Positions 11,584 through 25,434 of a stretch of DNA of 64,000 bases are shown in pieces (positions within the stretch are counted from its first letter, which is position 1; each line of letters begins with the position of its first letter). The notes below the pieces were generated by a model. It made no database searches and was not told the DNA's origin. It saw nothing but the letters and a program-made list of their open reading frames with translations. The DNA comes from Eledone cirrhosa. Its lineage: Eukaryota. The position numbers and the translations under genes were made by a program. The stretch spans positions 284,456,001-284,520,000 of the forward strand of contig OZ024740.1 of assembly GCA_964016885.1 (NCBI GenBank), read 5' to 3'.

Positions 11584-11794
11584 CCCTTTAGCATTTACAT
11601 TACTTTATATTTACTATTATATTTTCACGGTAAAGGCTTTACCTCACATAATTACCTCACATAATATCAAATCTATGAGATTTTGATATTATTTATTTTG
11701 AGAAAAATACCTTAACATCAGTATGAGTGGCCAGTTACAGCCAGTTCGAACAGAAAGAGGTGAGAAAATTCTGGCCGGTTTAAATGCTAATGGG
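11584..11794. mobile_element. piggyBac-type MITE (6 copies in the window)
   Basis: TTAA-CCCTTTAGCATTTA ... TAAATGCTAAWGGG-TTAA. Other copies at 24810-24982, 26088-26324 and 60532-60752; partial copies at 6890-7082 and 9640-9806. Confidence 0.85.
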
Positions 11795-12768
11795 TTAATT
11801 TCACCATTCTATGGGAAGATGGTTGAATTCTCCTTGGCCTTCATAATATTCAATCTGCCTCGTACATTTTTCTCTTTCTTGCTCCAGCTGGCCATTGCTG
11901 ACACATTTAAATCAATTGTGGGAATATTAACCATCTTATAGACCTTGCACAGCAAAAATAACAACTATGATCAATAGATAGGTAGGTAGATAGATAAAGA
12001 GATGTTGTTGTTCTTGTCCAGCCCTCTAACCTGTCTAAATGGTTATTGTTATTGTTGTTTTTGTTGTTGTTATAAACAAAGACACAGAAAACTAAGATAC
12101 TGAGAAAGATGAGAAATAAAAAGCAGCCATAAATAGATGTGTATGTGTATGTGTGTGCAACATAGAAAGAGAGGAAGTATGAGAGGGGGAGAGGGAGGAA
12201 GATTTGAAGTAAGAAAATATAAGTGCAAGCAATAACAACAAAAACAGCTATAATAGACAGACACAGACAGACAAGCAGGCGGATAGATAGGTAGGTATGT
12301 AGGAAGGTAGGTAAATAGGTATTGAGGTAGATAGATAGGTTGACAAATAAATAGGTAAATAATTAATGCCTGGTTTCTTTTATCTTCTTTTTGTTACAGC
12401 TTTTAGTGATTTTTCAAGCCATATATATATATATTAAAAATAGGATTGGTGCTCTGAAATAGCGATGTATACATGAATGTATAGAGTGTATGCAATCGCT
12501 CTGTATAATCAGTTCCTGATTATTACTGGAATTCTATAAGAATCCAGCCTCTATAATTTTCGGCAGAGGTCAGGGAGTACGTTGCTCTGAGGAACACCAA
12601 CAGTGTGAAACAGAATCCGTCAGCTTCTCTCCCTTCCTTTGCCGAAAAAGGAAGTAAGTGACATAGTCACTACTTTAAAATGATAGCGCAAGGTCTTCAA
12701 AATGTTTTTAATTAAACATATGGTATATTACCAAATATACTATACATACATTCATATATATATATATA

Positions 12769-13649
12769 CGAGGTGTGTCAGAAAAATTCCAGGTCTGATG
12801 TCACAAAAGATTTATTTCAAACCCAAACTTCACACTAAGAGTTTTCTTCTTCAAAGTAATCCCCCTGGATTCTAATGCACTTTTTCATCCTTTTCTGCCA
12901 CGCTTGCATGCACTCCTGGAAGGATTCTTCCGGGTTCCTCCGCAGTTCCGTCGTCACGGCCTTTTTGATGTCGTCCACGTCTTCAAAATGGGTCCCCTCC
13001 GGGTCGTACTCGAAGATCCATGACTCATGTGATGACTGTCCCTAGCAAGTCTGGTTCGGTTTCAAGACGCTCGAGGATGTTGTGGCACATTTGCATGCGT
13101 CGACCATTCTGGTCATCATTCAGCAGTTTTGGCACCATCTTTGCGCAGACTTTCCGCATGTCCAAATCTTCAGTGAGAATCTTCCAGATGCTGTCCCGAT
13201 TCATGCCCAGCTCATTTGCCATCAGTCGAACAGTCAGCCGATGATCGCTATGCACCATCTGCCTGACGCGCTCAACGTTGACCTCAGTCCTGGTTGTTGA
13301 GGGCCTTCCGCTCCTGGGGTCATCTTGCACAACTCAAAAACACGTGAGCGTGATATCGTCTCATCTCCATACACTTGCTGCAGCAATCCCAGTGCTTCTG
13401 ACGGAGTTTTCCCCAACCGTACGAGAAACTTCAAGTTTGCTTGTTGCTCTGTGCTCATTGCTTGACGACCTGAAACAGAGGACATGTATATAAAATTATG
13501 AAGAAAAAAGTTTGATCGCTGCAGAGAGCTAAGATTACAGTTACATACTCCAGGGGGATTACTTTGAAGGAGAAAACTCTTAGTGTGATGTTTGGGTTTG
13601 AAATAAATCTTTTGTGACATCAGTCCTGGAACTTTTCTGACACACCTCG
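12769..13649 (-). mobile_element. Internally deleted mariner transposon with about 100-bp TIRs and TA target duplication
   Basis: TA-CGAGGTGTGTCAGAAAA ... TTTTCTGACACACCTCG-TA; transposase fragments QQANLKFLVRLGKT, DDPRSGRPST, KVCAKMVPKLL, SWIFEYDPE joined directly to GTHFEDV...QGDYFE. Confidence 0.93.
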
Positions 13650-14489
13650 TATATATAGCCGATCGACTTTTGTCAAATCGGATTGAGGAAACAATGTTTC
13701 CATTTGTCTTTCCAATTGCTAATACTTTCTATCGTTTGCAACTCCAGGTAGAAGGAGCAACGTGAAATAAAGTGTCTTGCTCAAGGACATAAGGAATCGA
13801 ACTTACAACCTCACGATTGTGGATCCAATTCAGCTATGCGCCTTGACAAGCCTTTTCAGAAGATAAAAATACTCAAATTATTGAATTTAAAAGTATATAT
13901 GAAAATAATAAGAAAAATGGAAAACTTGTGATATTATTTACTTATTTTATTATAACAATTTTACATTGTTGAGTAAATATAAACAATGAACCCACATATA
14001 TATATAAGGAAGGAATTGATTGACAAAATCCCAGACCTCATTTGCTCACCAAGTGGTGTGGAACTCATCAAATCAGACCGAAGAAACAATGATTCTGCTG
14101 ATCTTTCCCATTGCTGATACTATCTACTGGTCACAACTCCTGGCAGAAGGAGCAGCATGAAATAAAGTGTCTTGCTCAAAGACATAACACATCACTCAGT
14201 CTGGAAATCAAACTCGCAACCTCACAATTGCAAATCCAATTTTCTAACCACTAAGCTATGTGCTTTCACATATATATATACATAATATACAAATACATAA
14301 TATTGACAGACAGATTTATACTTACATATGTAGTTATATATGTATACGTATCCAAAAATATCTGCAAGAAGATAATCACCTCATCTTCCATTTAAATCTC
14401 CTTTAACATGGCTGCAGAATAATGCAATGAGGTATTAACGCAGCTGATATCATGAAAGAATTAAGTATTCACAAACAATAACTAAAAAT

Positions 14490-15100
14490 TAAGGAGAGAA
14501 AAGTTGTATGGTATAACCCTTCATATATTGTAATAAACCAGTACCATAAATGTTTCTAACTGATCCTAATATTTTCATAAACAGACACGAATTCTTCAAG
14601 TAAAACATCAAAGTGAGCTATAACTAAAGCAGAGATACCAGTTTCATTCACAGTCGCAATGCAAAAAATTACAATTAAACCAAGAGCAAAAGAAACCAAT
14701 AATGCTTCATCAAAATATAAAGTTCTGCCCACAAGAAGTTAAATTCCTACGTAAAAATAATAATTTCCATGCTGAGCACTTTCAAAATACATATGGTGGT
14801 CAAGAACTAGAGGAATGACTGCCAGCATTACATTGGCAATATTAAATAAAGTACCAGCATTCATTGTGTAATACTAGATAAGGCACCAACATTTAGGAAT
14901 AGATCAAAGTATTGTGACCTGTGTCTTACAGAGAAACTTCATATATTTTGTCAATCTTCTCCAATCCTAAATAAATTCACTTCAACCTACCAACACATGC
15001 CCAAATTCTTTTAAAACAAACCCTCTTTGTGTATGATGACTAGTTATTTGTGCCAGAGACCATGTGATTAATCAAAAGTGTGTCAAATGTAATTTGAACT
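14490..15100 (+). mobile_element. Highly degenerate Neptune-type Penelope-like element
   Basis: RKVVWYNP at about 14497, LSKYIW at about 14779, KYCDLCLTEKLHIF...ILNK at about 14906-14975; eroded hammerhead-like motif at about 15030-15090. Confidence 0.65.
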
Positions 15101-16239
15101 ATTCAGCCATTATCAGTTATATGTTCCAAATCTACCATTATGTACCAAGAGGCTGTCTGAACAAACTTTAGTTTGGATATTTCATTCAATTTATTATATG
15201 ATAAACATGTATCAAACATGTATCAAACACTTCTAACACAATGATGTATTGAGTACTTTTATGTTTCTGTACTACAAAATAAACACAAACAATATACATG
15301 TGTGTGTGTGCACAATCTTGTGTATGTATAAGTGTCCTATTAGTTAATTCCAATAAAGAATATTTAGATGGCTTGCCAGAATTCCAGCTGTTATTTTGAT
15401 TGATTTTTACCAATAAGATACAAATCAATTACATATATAATCTTTGGCCATTTCTCCTGGCATTTTCACATCCAAAGATAGCGAAAACTACCTCTCGTAG
15501 ACTAGCCTTCCTCTTCATGACCATAAAATACTTATGTGACTCTGTACAAAGCTCAAGTGAGAGCCTCAGTAAAATAGTACTTCCACACCTGAAGCAGTAC
15601 TGCTAGTATATGCATAAACAACATAGACAGCATCTAAAAGAAAGCCATCAAACCAATTGGCAAAGATTCATCTACTAGCACTCTACAATTTATGGCTCGC
15701 TGACAGGATGTCTCCATTTTGAAGTTGAAAATCAACTGTATCAACATTACTGATCTCAGAGAGCCTACAAATGTCATCATGGACACTGTGTGTGTAACTA
15801 AGACCGTCAATTGCCTTAACTTGAATGTAAATAAAGCTATCCACAAACCGAAGCTATCCATGAACTCAAGCAAACTTAATCAATAAACCTACATTTGATC
15901 CCTCTCATAAGACATATAGCTCAAGGAAAAGTAAAAATTCCAGACATCCTTGAAAACTATATACCGACCCTCTCAACAAAGCAACCACCAGCCTGTAACA
16001 ATTACTGGTATGAGAGTGATGGACCTTATTAGACATCAGCCATTGAATTACATGGTTTTTAAGTACTGATGGCTAAGGCTAATCACCTTACCATGAGAGC
16101 ATCTCTGTCCAACCCACATTTGGCCAGTGTCGACTCACAGATGGGCTGAAAACCAACAGAGATACTGAGTCTCCATGCAATGATGAATAGAAAACAGCTG
16201 AATATATGTATGTATGTATAAGTCTCTCATATTTCAACA

Positions 16240-16885
16240 TCAATTAGGATGGAGTGGTCATGTAGTGAGAATGGATGATGATCACATCCCTAGGCAGTTC
16301 CTGTACGGTGAGCTGGTCGAAGGTTAACGATTGGCGCACAAACCAAAATTGAGATACAAGGATTGCATTAAAAGCAGACTTAGAAAGATGAAAATATCAA
16401 AGAATAACTGAGAGAACCTCGCTCTAGATAGACTTTCCAGAAAAGGCAGTGCATGATGGGAGGGGAGAATTTGAAATAAACCGTGTTGACCATGAACAGC
16501 TCAAGTGGTGTGTTCATAAGGGCCTTGAGTCTTAGAATGCAGGATGATTTAACCTATAAAAAATGTGGCCGGTTATGTCTAAGTAGGGTGGGCCTTGAAA
16601 TTCATCAGAGAAACCACGTACACTGGGACACTGTCAACTGTGCATTATATGGCATTTCTGTTTGTGGAGAATGTGGAAAAGAGTGTGCCACAGTTGGTGG
16701 ACTGAAATATCATTTGAAAGTGCACCAAACTGGATTGTAACACCTACTGTGAGAAGCCTCCATTGTTGCAGCATCTGTGCAAGAGTGTGTAAGTCCCTAG
16801 CAGGACTAAAAGGCCACGTCCATGCTGCTCATACTTAGGTGTCAAACGATGGCATTACTCGAAATTGAGTTACAACCACCATCAT
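16240..16885 (+). mobile_element. RTE (BovB-like) LINE 3' fragment with C-terminal C2H2 zinc fingers
   Basis: [37 protein letters not shown], then three CxxC-x12-H-xxx-H-like units; stops and frameshifts present. Confidence 0.8.
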
Positions 16886-19688
16886 GTATGATGTATGTAT
16901 GTATATATGTATGTGAACCAAGTGGGAGGAAATGCACACACATATATATTCTGTGTCCATTTATTTACTATTAATTATGCTTTTAATTTGTTTATTTTCC
17001 ATTGTATTTAATGTACATGGTCAGTTCTCCGACCAACCTTCCTAACTTCACTACCTTTCAGCTACATCTTCTATATTCTCAAAGAAACAAGTTTTGTTCA
17101 GTTCTTTATAACAGTATAGTAAGAAATCTATGAAATCTCATGCATTTATTATTACTTTAATCTATTTCTATCTGACCATCTTAATCCTATGGGCACTAAC
17201 ATACTTAATGAGGTAAGCCAAGAAATTTTAATTAATTAAAATTATACCCTCAGGGATGAGAACAACAGCAGGCTTCTTTGGGTCTCTCCCCAGTTGTTCT
17301 TTCATCTTAATGCTACATTTAATAACCAGCATCCTACTGTTATGTCTTCTTTTTTCTTACCCCACCTCCTGTATTATGAAAGAAATGCTGTTGCCTTTTC
17401 CCCATTAGTTCAGCTATCAATTTATTCTTCCTTCAGTTAGCTCCATCCAGTCATCAGCATTATTGCCAACACTACCTCATACCACTTCTCTAGCTCTTTA
17501 ACTATATCATGACTTTCTTCTCTTTCATGTTCAATCCAACAAACACATAGCATATACTCTTCCTTCTCTCTTCTTCCCTTTATTCATCAACTTATTTTTA
17601 GGCACTTTTCACACCCATTACCATACTGTTTTCTTTGTTACTCATTAAGCTCTCAATCAGTAATTAATCAGTAATTAATTAGAAATAATCACGAGAATTT
17701 GAAGAAACTAAAGGTTGCTTACAACAACAAGATTCAATTTCAGAGAAAATCACAATAAAGAGAGATATTTAAGTATATCCAGGAAAGAAATAATATTCAA
17801 CATTTGGAGGTGAAACTCTACATTACAACCAGTGACTCCATTATTTGGTTTCTTATAAAGAAGAAATGTAATTTCTAAATCTGTGATAAAAGCAATCCAT
17901 CTCTAAATCTAGAAGAATTAATTTGCCCAATATAAATCAATATAACAGAACACAAATCTTTTAGTAGATCCAGGTAAAAACTGTTAGTTGCACAATACAT
18001 TAATTTTCTTCTATTACAAAAATTAACATTATAGAATAATGTGCCTTAGCAGAATGCCAACAATTTTTGGGGAAGGAAAAAGTCGATTAAATCGACCTCA
18101 GTTCATTACTGGTACTTCATTTTATCGGCCCAGTAATCATGAAAGGCAAAGCTAGCCTCTGCATGATTTTAACTCAGAACATAAAACACAGTAATACAGA
18201 AGACCTGAATTCCCATGGGCACATGTCGTAGCCAAAGCATATGTATAGCATGTACCACCCCACCCCTCCACAGCCACTCCCATACATCTTCCTTGAGGAC
18301 AAGCTGAAGTATACATCCAGCAAAGCCTCTAGCCCACGCTGTAAAGTGACCGTGATGGAGGCATGACAAAAAGCACCCAACCCACGCTGTAAAGTAGTTG
18401 TGTAGGTGTCACAACAAAAAGCACTCAGCATATACTGTAAATGTGGTTGGCATTAGGAAGGGCATCCAGCCATAGGAACCAAGCCAAAATCAGCCCTGCA
18501 TGAGTGAAACATGGTCCTCCAATCAGATTTCTCACAAAGGGACAGCCCGTCCAACCCAAGCTAGCTTGGAAAATGGATGTTAAACGATGATGACGATGAT
18601 GATGAACTATATGCTGCAAAGCATGTTGTCCAATTGCCAATACTCTGCCATAATATCGTAGAATAATGGTTTCTGATTTAGTCACAACACCAACAATTTT
18701 GGGGGAGGGGGAATCGATTAAATCAACCCCAGTGCATTACTGGTACTTTATTTTATCAAGCCAGTAAGGATGAAAGGCAAAGCTAACCTTGGCAGGATTT
18801 GAACTCAGAAATTAAAGGAGGGTGTAAATCAAAATATTTTGATTTACACTCTCCCATTTGTACATACACTCTCACACACATATCTCTCCCTCCAAAATCT
18901 CCAGGATTCTTGCCATTTATGATTGGACCCTAATCTCCTCACCACTTTCGTTTGGTCTTGCATCCACCACAATAAGGCGCCATTACTTAATCAACCTCTC
19001 CTATCATAAAAATCTTCCTCAGTTGTAAAATACATCAATATTTTATTGCTTTTTCAACTTTATCACATTTCCTTAATCATCAAAAAATGAAAAAGATTTT
19101 ATTATTTTAATTTATTCATTTTTTATTTTTTTATTTTTATTACATACTTTCATCTGTACATACACTCTTACACTGCTCCACTCACAGACCACCAGAAACT
19201 TTATCTTCTACCCCCTCTATATATATATTTATATATACATCTTCAACACAACACAACAAACCAGTTTGAAAATCGCACTGAATGCGAGAAAGTTCCCCAG
19301 ATAGTTAACAAGGACTTATATCAAAGAATTAATATCAATAACAACTTATTGTGAAGATTTCAATTATTAAAGAACATCAAGCACCAGTGAAGTGAAGTCA
19401 TTCTTTCCTTTTTTTTTCATATATATCATCATCACCGTTTTACATCCATTCTTCGACTCTAGCATGGGTTAGATGGGTTGTCCTGTTGTGGGTAGTGCTC
19501 AGTCGGGTGACCTTGTCTTGCTCATACGGGAACTGATTTGGGTTGATTTCTACAGCTGGATGCCCTTCCTAACACCAACCTCATTTACAGTGAGTGTTGG
19601 ATGCTTTTTTTATGTGGCCCAACACGACCACTTTACAGTGTGGACTGGGTGCTCTTTTGCCATGACACCTCCACGACCAGTTTGCAGT

Positions 19689-19754
<66 letters not shown>

Positions 19755-20157
19755 TACATATATATGTATATACATGCATATTTGTATGTGTGTATATATA
19801 TATATAAATATATACTCACATACACACACAACACAAAAAAATGAATGGAGCAGGTCTTCAGATCAGACCAATATTTCCATTAGTCTTTCCATTGCTGATA
19901 CTATCAATCAATTGCAACACTTGGTGGCAGGTTGTAGGATTTGAACTTAGGACACACAAAATCATACCACAAAGCAGCATGTCTGACTTTCTAATAAATC
20001 CACCAGTCCATTGCCCATGAACTTGTACTTTATTAATCAACCCTTGAAAGAATAAAAGACAAAGTTGACCTCAGTGGAATTTGAACTTGCAGCACAGAGC
20101 CAAAATAAATACTGAAACACTTAATCCAATGCTATAACAATTCTGCTAAGTTGCATA

Positions 20158-20360
20158 TGAGGGTCCACTGAAAAGTTTATAGGCTGACCAAGATACTCTC
20201 ATGGAATGACTAAATGAGGTTTATTTTTCAACATAGTCCCTGGAAAGAAACAATGCAGTTATTAGTAAGAAGAGCTGAAATGAAAAAAATGCATGCAAGA
20301 TTTCACAGCTCTAGCATCACTTCTTCATAGTCAGCCTATGAACTTTTCAGCTGACCCTCG
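20158..20360. mobile_element. Mariner-derived MITE (about 200 bp; 3 copies)
   Basis: TIRs YGAGGGTC..CTGAAAAGTTYATAGGCTGAC / GTCAGCCTATGAACTTTTCAGCTGACCCTCG with TA flanks; copies at 26399-26574 (inverted) and 39191-39604. Confidence 0.85.
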
Positions 20361-20916
20361 TATATGTAAACAGGCACTGATATATACACATATACTTATA
20401 TACATACATATGGATAATGTGACCCCTAAAATACAGCAATTCTTTGAAAATATTATTGAACAGATAAAGTTTAACATTTAAGATCAACATCAAATGCTGC
20501 ACCAATTATTACATATAATCCAAATAAAATAGGTTATTTAAGTAAAACATTTTATTTATATTAAATGAAGACATAAATGTTCCAAAAGTTGAACCTAGCC
20601 TTCTCAAACCATTTTTCATTTGGAGAAACAATCAATGTTTAAAAACAAAAAGTAAAATTAACATGAGATATGCCAATAATTTTCTTTTAAAAAATAATTT
20701 TAAAAAGTGTGAACCTTAATGCCAAAATTTTCCATCACATAGTTATTGATAAGTTTAGATTCAGAATCAATATTTTTGCTGAACGAAAGGTCAGAGTGAT
20801 TAACACGGAAAATATGATTTGCAAACAATTTCCATGAATTGGATGTTTTTCTAGTTTTATATCACAAAGTCAATAAATTATAGTTTCTTTCTCATCAATA
20901 TATGTGTGTATGTGTG

Positions 20917-20965
<49 letters not shown>

Positions 20966-21630
20966 TGCGTGCATGTGTGTGCATGTATGTGTTTAAGTGG
21001 TCAACTTATTCTCATATGTATCAAACCTATCAATAGTATATATACTGTGTCGATAGCAATAGGTTCAAAATGTGTGTGTGTGTGTGCCTACACATACACA
21101 CACATTTTATTTTGTCCCTATTGCTGTCGAAACAGTATATATATACTATTGATAGGCAACAGTATATATATTATTGATAGGCTTGATACATATGAGAATG
21201 ACCAGTATTCAAAAGAAGCTAAATGCATGTGTAAATTATTGGAAGCATAATGACAGCAGCCAAGTATAACTATCGTGACTCTTTATTATTAGTCCCCATA
21301 GGGTGGGGGATTGGCAGTATCAGTAGAAGGTCGGACGCCATGCTTTCCAGCATAGTTACATCCCTTTACGGTCTGAGTTCAAATCCCGCCAAGGTTAACT
21401 TTGCCTTTCATCCTTACGGGGTAGATAAAATAAAGTACCAGTAATGCACTGGGTAATTGCTGGCCTTGTGCCAAAAGTAGAAACAATTATTAGTGTTCCA
21501 TATGATGTTGCACAATATATGACTACTATATTTGTCTCAAGATATCTTCAGTGGAACAAACATCTGTAATAGAAAACATGTTTACAGGTAACAACCAGTT
21601 TGTCAAGTTTGGATGAACATAAAAATAATA

Positions 21631-21840
21631 TGTCACTGAAGAGGTCACAGAGTGTGTGACGAAAGGACTATGACTATATATAAACAACTATCTGGTTGTG
21701 GAACCAACCAACCAACCAGAAATTTATAAGTTTGTAGATTTGTAAATTTATAAATTTATAAATATATAATAAATTGAAGTGAAAGCAACTGGTGCGTGTG
21801 TTTCTTATTGGCAACATGACCCTCCCAAAGTATAACAATA
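21631..21840 (+). mobile_element. Solo Penelope pLTR beginning with a hammerhead motif
   Basis: GTCA-CTGAAGA-G-GTCACA/TGTGAC-GAAA-GGAC-TA-TGAC, followed by sequence matching the pLTR at 10549-10725. Confidence 0.8.
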
Positions 21841-22629
21841 AAAATAATAGTTTATGATTTAGACACAAGGCTAACAATTCAATTGACTTTCCCTTCCTTT
21901 AATATTGTTAGCCTTCTGCCTAAATCAAAAATCATTATTGCAGCATGGAGCTACGGCCCTTAACGTTCTGAGTTCAAATCCCACTGTGGTTAGGTTTGCC
22001 TTCATTATTAGGGGGTTGATAAAATAAAGTACCAATTATGCACTGGGGTTGATTTAATCGAATTTCCCCTCTCCTAAAATTGCTGGCCTTGTGCCTAAAT
22101 CAAAAATCATTATTAAGTTGGTGTTCGGAACATAGCTTGACAATGGTTCATTCATAAAATTATGATGAAGATTTTTAGATAAATAGTTTCTGATTTCTGC
22201 ACAGGGCCAACAATTTTAGGGGAGAGGGAAGTCAATTAAATCAACCCTAGTGCGTTACTGATGCTTTATCCTATCAACCCTGTAAGGATGAAAAGCAAAG
22301 CCAACCTCGACAGCGTTTGAACTCAGAACATAAAAGGTCATAACTCTATGCTACAAAGCATGTTGTCAGACACTCTACCAATACTGCCAATCTACAATCC
22401 TATATAATAAACATATAATGCCATAATGAAATATAATAGATTACAATAAATTAAAATAAATTATAGTAATTAAGGGTGTTTTTTGTAATGATATAGGAGA
22501 CCGAGATAAAGAAAAATTATTATAAAAGAAAACATATGAATCAGTAAAAAAAAATTATAAAAGAATTAGTAAAAAAAAATTATAAAAGAATTAGTAAAAA
22601 TAATAACCAAAAACAATGAGTAAAAAAAA

Positions 22630-22710
22630 TAAAAAAAGAATAAATAAAAAAAGAATAAATAAAAAAAGAATAAATAAAAAAAGAATAAATAAAAAAAGAA
22701 TAAATAAAAA
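22630..22710. repeat. 15-bp tandem repeat (AAAAAAAGAATAAAT)x5
   Basis: Directly visible. Confidence 0.9.
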
Positions 22711-24379
22711 TTTACATAGAAAACCAAAATATAGCTAACTAAATAAATGAATGCATGGCATTTGTCTCAGAAACAGATAAAATAAATAATTCACAAAAAT
22801 AATAAAATCATCGTCATCATTGTTTAACATCCATTTTCCATGCTTGCATGAGTTAGACAGATTGTTATGTTATGAGACAAGTCAAGTCCAAAGACCACAT
22901 CATGCTCATACAGATCTGTATTTTGGCTCGGTTTCTACAGCTGGATGCACACACATATGCACACACCCAAGTATTTACATACATACATACACTAACACAT
23001 TTGTCCACTTAAGGTCTGCAAGCGTTCATACCCTAGTGTACAGATATACAGAGAGACAGTGAAGGTGTATCATCATCATTTCATCATTTCATTTTACGTC
23101 TTCTTTTTCCCTGCTTGCAAGGGTGGGATGGGAACTGATTCTGGCTTGATTTCTACAGCTGGATGCCCTTCCTAACACCAACCTGTATGTGTATGTATAT
23201 ATATATATATACATAGACACCAGTATAGAATAGCTACTACGCATGAAAAAAATCTATAAATATATGTGTACATATGTATATATTACATTTACCAATCAGC
23301 AGCTTGAGTAAATCATGTCATGTTATGCGTGTTAGTGACATTGAGTGTCACAACTGAACTGGCAACTGCTTAAGAAATATGCTTAGTATTACTTTACAAG
23401 AGCTGGGTGTTGCCAGTACCTCCAGTACACGTTATATTTACTGCTCAGTAAATATTAGGGCGATGGATTGGCAGTATCAGTAGAGGGTCGGATGCCATGC
23501 TTTGCAGCATAGAGTTGCGGCCCTTTACGGTATAAGTTCAAATCCCGCTGAGGTTAACTTTGTCTTTCATCCTTATAGGATCGATAAACTAAAGTACCAG
23601 TAATGGACTGGGATAATTGCTGGCCTTGTGTCAAAAGTAGAAACAATTATATTTACTGCTCAGTACCTCACATAACTTAGGTGGTCATGTGGTACTAATG
23701 CTCAGTATTAATTTGCAAGAGCTGCATGTTGCCAGTTCCTGTAATCAAATCCAATATCCAATTTCCTACCAACATCTGTAATCTCTCTTCTTATTACATC
23801 TACATGCCTACACACTTCACTTTCTGCTCCTCCTCTCTCAATCTTTTCTATGTTTCATCTGCTAATCACTCACCTCCCAACTTTACAACCACAGGCCACA
23901 GATTTCTGTCATTAGAGGTATATTTACCTGACTTACATGCTCTCATTGATGGCATTTGGCTGTTTTAACAGCAATTCCTTGCATTTGAGTTTTCTAATTA
24001 TTTCTTTGAATTTCAAATACACTCACACTTTGGCTTGATTATTGAGGCAACAATGATTATAATGTCTATAATTATTTTTTTTATCTCAGTTTCCTACTTC
24101 ATTACTATATTTTCTCAAAGCAACATCTTCAATTATTATAATTTATTTTAATTCCTTTTATTTTATTTCATTTCATTGTGACATTATTATGTTATTCCAA
24201 ACTGGTTTTTACCTGTAACCATGTCTTCTTTTACAGATGTTTGTTCCATTAAAGCTGTGTTGAGACAAATACATCATTGTATGTTGTGCGACATTGAAAT
24301 GATCATATGGAATGGTACTAATGAAAAGATACAATTGTAAACTTATCAACAAGAATATATATATATATATATATTTTTT

Positions 24380-24650
24380 TTTATTTATGTAATAAACAAC
24401 ACAATATAATTATTCCATTACCCAAGGGTTCACGAAGTTAGACGATTCTAACAGAAACGTCTGTTTCATTCATCAGATGAAATATCAGATATTTCATCTG
24501 ATGAACGAAACAGACTTCGTGAACCCTTGGGTAGTGGAAAATATTGTGTTGTTTATTACATAATCAAATAGCTCTGTACTATACATAGAGCACTCTTCTT
24601 TCCTTTACCTTTTCTATGGAAATACTTAAAGTAAGTTTTAGGTTTAATCA
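24380..24650. mobile_element. Palindromic hammerhead-bearing element, family B, copy 2 (tail on the right; older, one arm with a deletion)
   Basis: TTATGTAATAAACAACACAATAT...CATCAGATGAAATATC-A-GATATTTCATCTGATGA...TATTGTGTTGTTTATTACATAA, then tail CATAGAGCACTCTTCTTTCCTTTACCTTTTCTATGGAAATACTT. Confidence 0.8.
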
Positions 24651-24722
24651 ATACATATAAAATATGTATAGCTAATGTTTCTTAGTAAAAGCTCAATAAA
24701 CTACTGTTTAGAGCATCCATAA

Positions 24723-25236
24723 TATAAAATAATTTTAAATGATATATTGAGATATATTAATTGAGAAACAAACCAGACTTTAACACATATAGAAACAAAT
24801 ACAATTCAACCCTTTAGCATTTACATTAATCTATATTTACTATTGTATTTTCATGGTAAAGGCTTTATCTTACACAATTATTTCACATAATATTGAATCT
24901 ATGAGATTTTGAGATTATTTATTTTGAAAATAAAGAGGTGAGAGAATTCTGGCCGGATATGGCCAGTTTAAATGCTAAAGGGTTAAGGTGTTAAATAACG
25001 TTGCTCACATAAGGATTAAGGTATATTTAAATGGGCGTACTTCCAAATATGACCAAATATGGCTATGGATGGTCATATTTGGAAGTACGTTCATTTAAAT
25101 ATAACTTAATCATTATGTAAGTAATGATTTTTTTTAACACCTTAAATTGTATTTGTTTTTATATGTATATATGTATTAAAGCCTGGTTAGTTTTTCAATC
25201 AATATATCTCAATATATTGTTTAAAATTGTTTTATA
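24723..25236. repeat. Diverged palindrome whose left arm is split by a piggyBac MITE
   Basis: Centre GTACTTCCAAATATGACCA...TGGTCATATTTGGAAGTAC; 24723-24809 plus 24983-25055 pair with 25069-25236. Confidence 0.8.
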
Positions 25237-25249
25237 TATATATAAGTAT

Positions 25250-25344
<95 letters not shown>

Positions 25345-25434
25345 TATAATGTATATGTGTGTATATATAGTAAACTATATGTGGATGTGTAAATGGGAAA
25401 AGGAAAACAGTGCTCAATCAGGAATGAGAACTGA

